From an uncultured Thermoleophilaceae bacterium (GTDB lineage: Bacteria > Actinomycetota > Thermoleophilia > Solirubrobacterales > JACPNS01), in contig CAZRAA010000003.1 in assembly GCA_964597975.1 (NCBI GenBank), positions 185-64,184 of the forward strand: a DNA stretch of 64,000 nucleotides. The letters run 5' to 3'. The notes below the pieces were generated by a model. It was given only the letters and a program-made list of their open reading frames with translations. It had not been told where the DNA came from and did no database searches. Every line of letters begins with the position of its first letter. Position 1 is the first letter of the stretch. The position numbers and the translations under genes are program-made. This document shows, one piece after another, positions 57,747 through 64,000 of this stretch.

Positions 57747-57777
57747 GAGAAGAGCGGCTGCTCAGGCCGCTCTTCTC
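57747..57777 (+). terminator. Rho-independent-type terminator after the GNAT gene
   Basis: Perfect 12-bp stem GAGAAGAGCGGC / GCCGCTCTTCTC with a 7-nt loop, followed by the T-rich TGCTTCTCGTT. Confidence 0.7.
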
Positions 57778-57918
57778 TGCTTCTCGTTCCCATCGCACAT
57801 GCATCGGAGGGGGGGTGATGCATATGTTGCTCGGTATGTGCAGGAGTATCGACCACAGGGATTCATTCCGCAGGTTCTGCGCATTAACGAATTGTTAGCG
57901 GCTACGTTGGTGGCCGAT

Positions 57919-58614
57919 ATGTGCGGGCGATACAAGCTGCAGGACCCAGACTGGGTCGAAGCCGACTTCTCCAACACCTTCCCGACCCTGGCGACGGCCG
58001 TTCGCAGGCCTCGCTACAACGTTTCCCCGGGACAACTTGTACTTGCGATCACACGCGGTGACGGCGGGCGCGCGCTTGAGCAGATGAAGTGGGGAATCGA
58101 GGCACCGTGGAAGGGTGGACCGGCGCAAATGATCAACGCGCGAGGCGAGAAGCTCAAGGACAGCCGCTTCTGGAAACCGATGCTCGAGAATCGGCGTTGC
58201 GCGATCCCTGCAGACGGCTTCTACGAGTGGCGCGCTCCCCAGGGATCGCAGAAGCACAAGCAGCCCTACCTGTTCACGCGCAGCGGTGGCGGCGGCTTTT
58301 GGTTTGCCGGTCTCTACTCGGAGTCGCACGCCGAAAACCCTGACGCGGAGCGCGAGTGCGTGATCGTCACGGTCGACCCCAATGAACTCGTCGAAGATGT
58401 GCACGACCGGATGCCGGCGATGCTGCACGAGTCGGAGCTCGACGACTGGCTCGGAGGGGGCACCGATCAGGCATGCCGGGTGCTCGGCCCGTACCCGTCG
58501 ACCGAGATGAGCGCGCTCGCGATCGGCCGCGCGATCGGAAACTCGTCCCTGGAGGGCCCGGAACTGATCGAGCCCGCGACCGCCGAAGGCCCGGCCCAAG
58601 GAGAACTGCTGTGA
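57919..58614 (+). CDS. SOS-response-associated peptidase (SRAP/YedK, abasic-site DNA-protein crosslink enzyme)
   Basis: Begins MCGRY (obligate Cys2 nucleophile). Also ...RYNVSPGQ...MKWG...INARGEK...RRCAIPADGFYEW...HDRMPAML. The track ORF start (57799) is an upstream extension. Confidence 0.9.
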   Translation: MCGRYKLQDPDWVEADFSNTFPTLATAVRRPRYNVSPGQLVLAITRGDGGRALEQMKWGIEAPWKGGPAQMINARGEKLKDSRFWKPMLENRRCAIPADGFYEWRAPQGSQKHKQPYLFTRSGGGGFWFAGLYSESHAENPDAERECVIVTVDPNELVEDVHDRMPAMLHESELDDWLGGGTDQACRVLGPYPSTEMSALAIGRAIGNSSLEGPELIEPATAEGPAQGELL

Positions 58615-59750
58615 GCGCCGCCGGACTTGATCCCACGACCACCGCGCTCGGCACCTGGAGCGGTGGCCGTCATATGCACTTCGGTCTTGACCTGCCGGAT
58701 GAGCGCTTGATCCCACTGCTGCGCCCGGGCGGCGGCGTTGACACATTGATCACCGCCGACGCCTATGGGGCTGGGGCGGCCGACCGGCTGGCCGGCGAAG
58801 CGATCGACGGATTGGCGCGGGAGAGTTTCTGCCTGACCGGCGCGATCGGACACGATTTCTATGAGGGTGAGCGCGAAGGCGCAAAGGGGTTCCCGCGCTT
58901 CACGGACCCGCGCCTGCGCAAATCGACCGAGTACGCCGCCTATCTACGGATGGCGACCGAGCGCAGCCTTGAGCGCATCGGCGCAAGCGCATTCGATCTG
59001 CTTCTGCTGCACAACCCCGACCGCCGAGGGTTCACCGACCCAGCGGTCTGGGAAGGGATGGCAGCGCTGCGCGAGGCAGGCTTGACGCGAATGCTCGGTG
59101 TGGCTCCCGGTCCGGCGAACGGCTTCACGCTCGACCTGATCGAATGCTTTGAGCGCTACGGCGAGGCGATCGACTGGGCGATGATCATTCTCAACCCGTT
59201 CGAGCCGTGGCCGGGCGAACTCGTGCTGCCGGCGGCGGCAAAGCACGACGTCAAGCTGATCACTCGTGTGGTCGACTACGGCGGAATCTTCCATGACGAC
59301 GTGCGCCCTGGGCATCAATTCGCCGAGCGCGACCACCGATGTTTTCGGCCGGACGGCTGGGTCGAGCAAGGGGCGGCCAAGTTGGACCGGGCACGCCCGA
59401 TCGCGCAGGCACACGGATTGACGCCGCTGCAACTTGCGGCGTGGTGGAACCTCTCGCACGAGCAAGTCTCATGCGTTGTGCCGACACTGATCGAAGAGCC
59501 GAGCTCCGGTAAGTCGGCCGAGAAGAAGCGCGCGGAGCTTGCAGCCGTGAGCGGCGCGAACCCCCTGACAGCCGATGAGATTGAGCGGCTGCGAGCGATC
59601 GGCGACAACACGAACTGCATGCGCCTGAAAGGTGCCTCGCCCGAAGCCGAAATGCCGGCGCCCGACAGTTGGCCGCTGGATCCCGGGCTGCGCGAGCTCG
59701 CCGGACGTTGGGGCATCGACCCTGATCGCCAGCTCTCAAGCGCGCACTGA
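58611..59750 (+). CDS. Aldo/keto reductase family oxidoreductase
   Basis: GTG 58611 (GTGA overlap with the SRAP stop). LITADAYGAGAADRLAGEAI...DLLLLHNPD...LGVAPGPANGF are AKR-like motifs. Confidence 0.8.
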   Translation: MSAAGLDPTTTALGTWSGGRHMHFGLDLPDERLIPLLRPGGGVDTLITADAYGAGAADRLAGEAIDGLARESFCLTGAIGHDFYEGEREGAKGFPRFTDPRLRKSTEYAAYLRMATERSLERIGASAFDLLLLHNPDRRGFTDPAVWEGMAALREAGLTRMLGVAPGPANGFTLDLIECFERYGEAIDWAMIILNPFEPWPGELVLPAAAKHDVKLITRVVDYGGIFHDDVRPGHQFAERDHRCFRPDGWVEQGAAKLDRARPIAQAHGLTPLQLAAWWNLSHEQVSCVVPTLIEEPSSGKSAEKKRAELAAVSGANPLTADEIERLRAIGDNTNCMRLKGASPEAEMPAPDSWPLDPGLRELAGRWGIDPDRQLSSAH

Positions 59751-59755
59751 CGCGC

Positions 59756-60661
59756 TCAGGCCTCGGCGGGCCGCTCCTCCTGCTGGAATCGCTGGCGGCT
59801 GAAGGCGCCGTAGCCGTACTTGCGTTTGAAGCGCGCCAGTTCGTGATCGAACTCGAGCCCGAGCAACACGGCGATGTTTGACCAGTAGAGCCAGATCAAG
59901 AAGACCGCGACTCCGGCGAGACTGCCGAAAACCTTGTTGTAGTGGCTGAAGTTGGCGACGTAGAGGCTGAAGAGCAGTGATGCGATCAACCAGAGGACGA
60001 AGGCGAGCGTGCTCCCGGCGGTTCCAAACCGAAAGCGCCGCTGCTTGAAATTCGGGCCGAGGCTGTAGAGCACTCCGAGTGCGGAGTAGAAGAGCAGCAG
60101 CAGGATCGGCCACTTGATCACGCCCCAGCCGCCGATCGCGTCAGCGTGCACTCCGGTCACCCGCGTGAACTGTTCGGCGATCGGACCGGTCAGGACGATC
60201 GCGGCAGCGGTGATGATCGCCAGCACCATCAGCACGAGAGTCAATGCGAAACGCAGCGGGATCGTGACGAAGAAGCGGCGGGTCTCCTCCACTCCAAGGA
60301 TCACCCCGGCGGCACGGATGAACGCGCCGATGTAGCTCGAGGCCGAGTAGAGCGCGACGAGCAGACCGACGACCAGTGCTGTGGTAGCCGCGCCGGTCGC
60401 GCCCTGGAGGTTCTTCATCGCGCCGAGCACGATGTCCCGTGCGGGTCCGTCGGGAAGTTCGCTGAGCGTCTCGATGATCGCGTCCTGCGTTCCGTGTCCG
60501 ACGATTCCGAGCAGTGACACCAGCGCGAGCAGCCCGGGAAATATCGAGAGCACCGAGTAGTACGTCAGCGCGGCGGCCCAGTCCGTCAAGCGGTGCTCGC
60601 CAAAGCGGGAGAAGACTATGTCCAGCTGTTCGTAGACGGCTGCGGCGCGGCGCTTGAGCAT
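59756..60661 (-). CDS. YihY/BrkB (virulence factor BrkB / former RNase BN) family membrane protein
   Basis: Start trimmed to ATG 60661 (MLKRRAAAVYEQLDIVFSRFGEHRLTDWAAALTYYSVLSIFPGLLAL). Six TM helices typical of YihY. Confidence 0.8.
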   Translation of the reverse strand: MLKRRAAAVYEQLDIVFSRFGEHRLTDWAAALTYYSVLSIFPGLLALVSLLGIVGHGTQDAIIETLSELPDGPARDIVLGAMKNLQGATGAATTALVVGLLVALYSASSYIGAFIRAAGVILGVEETRRFFVTIPLRFALTLVLMVLAIITAAAIVLTGPIAEQFTRVTGVHADAIGGWGVIKWPILLLLFYSALGVLYSLGPNFKQRRFRFGTAGSTLAFVLWLIASLLFSLYVANFSHYNKVFGSLAGVAVFLIWLYWSNIAVLLGLEFDHELARFKRKYGYGAFSRQRFQQEERPAEA

Positions 60662-60721
60662 GGGCAGATTGTTCCCGATCAGGCGGAGATACCCGTCAGG
60701 CGGCGTCCTTAGTCTGGCTCC

Positions 60722-61156
60722 ATGTACTTCTGGATCATCACGCTCCGGCAGGCCCTCAAAGAGCCCGAGGCCCGCGGTGCGTTGCGCTCGGCAATCGTTC
60801 TGCTGACGAGCGGGGTGATCTTCTACATGCTCGTCGAGCACTGGACCTTTGTCGATTCGCTCTACTTCTGCGTGACCACGCTGACCACAGTGGGGTTTGG
60901 CAACCCGGCGCCGACGACGGACCTGGGCAAGCTCTTCACGGTGCTTTTCGTGCTCAGTGGCGTCGGGATGTTCCTCGCCGTGATCAACGGCATCGGGCGT
61001 GCCGCAGTGAAGAATCAGGTCACTTCAATCGGTCGGCGCAAGGGTTTCACCAGCGACCCGAGCCGGCTGCAGGACTACGTCGACCCGACGTTGCCTGACC
61101 CCTCGGGCGAGCCGGAGCCGCCTGAGCCAGAGTCTTCCGGCTCGGACGAAGGCTGA
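60722..61156 (+). CDS. Two-TM potassium channel (Ion_trans_2) with an acidic Pro-rich tail
   Basis: The selectivity filter TLTTVGFGN is flanked by two TM helices. Confidence 0.8.
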   Translation: MYFWIITLRQALKEPEARGALRSAIVLLTSGVIFYMLVEHWTFVDSLYFCVTTLTTVGFGNPAPTTDLGKLFTVLFVLSGVGMFLAVINGIGRAAVKNQVTSIGRRKGFTSDPSRLQDYVDPTLPDPSGEPEPPEPESSGSDEG

Positions 61157-62241
61157 CCGCCGCCGGCCTCGATCGCGTGGACCTCTTGCTTGAAGTTGCC
61201 CCACTCCTGGGCGGCGATAAGTAGCGTCGCCGCGATCGGGATCGCGAGGATTGCGCCGACCACGCCCATCAGCGTGCCGCCGAAGAGCACCGCGATCAGC
61301 ACGACGAATGGCTCCAGGTTGACCGCCTCGCTCTGGATGCGCGGCTGGATCACGTAATTCTCGAACTGCTGGTAGCCGATCACGAACGCTGCCCAGACAA
61401 TCGTGTCGAGCGGGAAAGTTGCGAACAGGGTGACGATCCCGACGAACACTCCCGCGATCGTCGAACCGACCATCGGGATCACGTCGAAGACGGCGACCAC
61501 GAACGCGAGTACCAGTGGCGACGGCACTCCGAGGATCGAGAGCACGATGAACGCGGCGAGTCCGGCGATGAATGCCTGGAGTAGCGCGCCGCCGATATAG
61601 CGACTGACCGAATCGCCGATGCGCTCGAAAGTGCGGTCGAGTGCCACCCCCTCCGGGCCGTCTCTTCGGCGCACCAGCGCGTCGATCCACCCGCGGCCGC
61701 GCGCGACCATGAAGATGCTGAGGATGAAGATCGTGAACGCACCGAAGACGGAGTTGATCACCCACTCGCCGATTTTGCTCAGCGCTCCGGCCGCGTCGCC
61801 GATCCGCCCCGCGAGGTTCCTTTGCAAGTCGTTCAGCTGCTGCTGGATGTCGAAGTTCTCGTCGATCTTCTCGAACCGCTTGTCCTTTTGCAGCGTGTCC
61901 TGGAGATCGTTGATGTAGCCCGGCAGGTCGTCGATCAGCGTCACGGTCGACTTGACCAGCGGCGGAAGCAGTGCGGCGCCGAGCGCGATCGGGATCAAGA
62001 CAATCGCTATGTACACGACGGCGATCGACGCCGAACGCGGGATGTGGCGCGAGAGCAGATTGACCGGGCCGGAGACGGCGATCGCCACGAACATCGCGAT
62101 CACCAGCCACAGCAGTGGCGTGCGCAGCAAGTAGATCAGGTAGAGCGTGAGGATCACGATCACCACCGTCACAACGGTGCGGATCACTCGACGATCGAAA
62201 CTCTCGTCTCGAGAGGGGGTGTACCAGGGGGCTGCCTCCAC
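61075..62241 (-). CDS. AI-2E family transporter (PerM/YhhT, UPF0118)
   Basis: Eight TM topology with the conserved C-terminal region FDVIPMVGSTIAG...NYVIQPRIQSEAVNLEPFVVLIAVLFGGTLMGVVGAILAIPIAA. Confidence 0.85.
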   Translation of the reverse strand: MEAAPWYTPSRDESFDRRVIRTVVTVVIVILTLYLIYLLRTPLLWLVIAMFVAIAVSGPVNLLSRHIPRSASIAVVYIAIVLIPIALGAALLPPLVKSTVTLIDDLPGYINDLQDTLQKDKRFEKIDENFDIQQQLNDLQRNLAGRIGDAAGALSKIGEWVINSVFGAFTIFILSIFMVARGRGWIDALVRRRDGPEGVALDRTFERIGDSVSRYIGGALLQAFIAGLAAFIVLSILGVPSPLVLAFVVAVFDVIPMVGSTIAGVFVGIVTLFATFPLDTIVWAAFVIGYQQFENYVIQPRIQSEAVNLEPFVVLIAVLFGGTLMGVVGAILAIPIAATLLIAAQEWGNFKQEVHAIEAGGGQPSSEPEDSGSGGSGSPEGSGNVGST

Positions 62242-62404
62242 GGAAATCCATCGTATGGACGCATCCAGACGGGCAGAAATCGCCCGGAAGGGGGATTTTC
62301 TTGCACGCCGCGCCAGTAGCCGTTACAGTGTCGGCGTACCGCTTGGTACACATAGGCCGCGCTCGGAACGCGGCCGCAGAACATTCACCCTGGGGAGGGA
62401 TCAC

Positions 62405-63292
62405 TTGAATACAGAACGTCTGCGCCGGCTGCTGCCTGCGCTGCTGGCATTCGCAATCGCCGCCTGCGCATTGATGGCGACGGCGAGCCTTGCTTCCGCG
62501 CTCAATCAGGGGCGCTACGTGGCGCTGGGCGACTCGTACACCGCAGGTCCGCTTGTCGGACCGCCGACCGCTGAAGACGCGCCGCTCGGCTGCATCCAGT
62601 CGATCAACAACTACCCGCACCTGATCCGGCCGCTGACCGGACTGCGCGACTTCACCGATGTCAGCTGCAGTGGCGGCCAGACCAAGGACATGACCACCGC
62701 GCAGGGAGTCACGCCGGGGCCGGCCAAGCCGCAGTTCGATGCGCTCACAGCCGACACGAAGCTGGTGACGGTCGGCATCGGCGGCAATGACGTCGGGTTT
62801 TCGTCGATCGCCACGGACTGTCTGAACGCTTCGCCCTTCGGTACGCCGTGCAAGGACAAGTTCGTCAAGAACGGCGTCGACACTCTCGCCCAGCGGATGA
62901 TCGACAATGGGCCCAAGGTCGGGGCCGTGCTTCGCGGAATCAAGCAGCGCGCGCCGCTGGCGAAGATCTTCCTCGTCGGCTACCCGGACATCCTGCCCGA
63001 GAACGGCCAGGGCTGCTGGCCGATCCTGCCGGTCAGCAACGGCGACATCAAGTACTTGATCACCGTTGAGAAGAACCTCAATGCGATGCTCAAGACTCAG
63101 GCCGACGCCAACGGCGCGGTCTATGTCGATACGTACACGCCGAGCATCGGACACGACGCCTGTCAGGGTCCGGCCAGGCGTTGGATCGAGGCGGTCGTCC
63201 CGACGCTTCCCGGTGCACCGATCCACCCGAACACGGCCGGCGAGGCCGCGATGGCGGCGATCGTCTGGCAGGCGATTCGCGCCAACAGCTGA
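62405..63292 (+). CDS. Secreted SEST-like SGNH/GDSL hydrolase (stand-alone catalytic domain, 295 aa)
   Basis: TTG 62405. Signal LLPALLAFAIAACALMATASLASA. YVALGDSYTAG, TVGIGGNDVGF, APIHPNTAGEAAMA. The Cys pattern is that of Streptomyces-type esterases. Confidence 0.85.
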   Translation: MNTERLRRLLPALLAFAIAACALMATASLASALNQGRYVALGDSYTAGPLVGPPTAEDAPLGCIQSINNYPHLIRPLTGLRDFTDVSCSGGQTKDMTTAQGVTPGPAKPQFDALTADTKLVTVGIGGNDVGFSSIATDCLNASPFGTPCKDKFVKNGVDTLAQRMIDNGPKVGAVLRGIKQRAPLAKIFLVGYPDILPENGQGCWPILPVSNGDIKYLITVEKNLNAMLKTQADANGAVYVDTYTPSIGHDACQGPARRWIEAVVPTLPGAPIHPNTAGEAAMAAIVWQAIRANS

Positions 63293-63359
63293 GCTGATCA
63301 GTGGCGGGCGCGGCGGCCCAGTTGTCGCCGCGCCCGTACCGCTCGGTACGCTCGGCCAC

Positions 63360-64000
63360 ATGTCAAGCATCTATAGGGACGGCCTGCTGGCGGGCCAAGT
63401 GATCGTCGTCAGCGGCGGGGGCAGCGGAATCGGCCGCCAGACCGCAATCGAATTGACCGGCCTCGGCGCCGACGTGGTGATCTGCGGGCGCGACATCGAG
63501 CCGCTGCGTGAAACCGCGGACCTCTGCATGGGCGAGGGAGGCGACGGCAGCTGCAGTGCGATGCGGTGCGACATCCGCGAATCGGACCAGGTCGAAGCAC
63601 TGGTCGATGCGACGCTCGAGACCCACGGGAGGATTGACACGCTGGTCAACAACGCCGGTGGTCAGTTCCTCGCTCCGGCCGAGTCGATCACGGAAAAGGG
63701 CTTTGACACGGTGATCCGGCTGAATGTGCATGGCACATGGCTGATGACGCACACCGTCGCGACCAAGTGGATGATCGAGAACGGTGGCGGCAAGGTGATC
63801 AGCGTGACGCTCTCGCCGCACAACGGGATGCCGGGGATGGTCCACAGCGGCGCCGCGCGTGCAGGCGTCGAGAACATGATGCGCACGCTCGCCGTCGAGT
63901 GGGCGCGTTTTGACATCAAGCTGAACGCCCTGGCGATCGGCCAGATCGCCACCGAGACGCTGCTGACCAAGTACCCGAGCGTTGTCGTCGAGAACCTTGA
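63360..64000 (+). CDS. Short-chain dehydrogenase/reductase (SDR), N-terminal part (3' end outside window)
   Basis: My own translation from ATG 63360 is MSSIYRDGLLAGQVIVVSGGGSGIGRQTAIELTGLGADVVICGRD...IDTLVNNAGGQF. The ORF is open to the window edge, so it is absent from the ORF track. Confidence 0.85.
   Translation, partial: MSSIYRDGLLAGQVIVVSGGGSGIGRQTAIELTGLGADVVICGRDIEPLRETADLCMGEGGDGSCSAMRCDIRESDQVEALVDATLETHGRIDTLVNNAGGQFLAPAESITEKGFDTVIRLNVHGTWLMTHTVATKWMIENGGGKVISVTLSPHNGMPGMVHSGAARAGVENMMRTLAVEWARFDIKLNALAIGQIATETLLTKYPSVVVENL

Noticed and set aside
57780-57918. LexA/Cheo-type SOS box upstream of the SRAP gene (e.g. GATGCATATGTTGC, TAACGAATTGTTA)
   Set aside because: Only the central CATATGTT matches the GAAC-N4-GTTC consensus and the outer half-sites do not, so it was not called as a LexA site.
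61025-63370. 781-aa minus-strand ORF spanning the AI-2E transporter and SGNH genes
   Set aside because: It is in a different frame from the convincing AI-2E transporter (61075-62241) and antisense to the SGNH hydrolase (62405-63292). The composition is dominated by Arg/Pro/Gly/Asp, so it is a GC-driven open frame rather than a gene.

Overview
High-GC (roughly two-thirds G+C by eye) chromosomal segment with actinobacterial-style gene content; the protein styles suggest a Thermoleophilia / Conexibacter-like organism, but that is only an impression. All calls come from reading the translated ORFs, motifs and RNA-like structures by eye; no searches were run. Most of the window is housekeeping or metabolic: lipA 3' end, cspA, glpX, purEK, three tRNAs, several acyl-CoA dehydrogenase / thiolase / enoyl-CoA hydratase / acyl-CoA ligase genes, TetR regulators, a fused ECF sigma/anti-sigma gene, and a c-di-AMP (ydaO-type) riboswitch in front of an RlpA-like cell-wall gene. 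The outstanding region is 20.8-34.2 kb. It holds four co-directional minus-strand genes that each encode a signal peptide plus a SEST-like SGNH/GDSL hydrolase domain and end in a related ~115-135 aa C-terminal module. They differ only in the middle: no spacer (453 aa), 27 collagen-like G-X-Y triplets (536 aa), 12 tandem ~81-aa Cys-pair Ig-like repeats (1466 aa) or 18 such repeats (1931 aa). I read this as a previously uncharacterised family of surface-displayed esterases on stalks of graded length. The array is wedged between beta-oxidation genes and lies next to a convergent pair of GT-C glycosyltransferase + beta-propeller bicistrons. Other notable items: a 26-bp perfect palindrome inside a CDS whose two degenerate overlapping copies form a 50-bp perfect palindrome filling an intergenic gap 25 kb away; an unannotated 48-aa ORF with a strong SD; and an R2-like di-iron/SCP2 fusion with a likely leaderless promoter. 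No transposase, integrase, CRISPR array or prophage genes were seen. Many long ORFs in the supplied track are antisense or alternate-frame artefacts of the GC content and were discarded.
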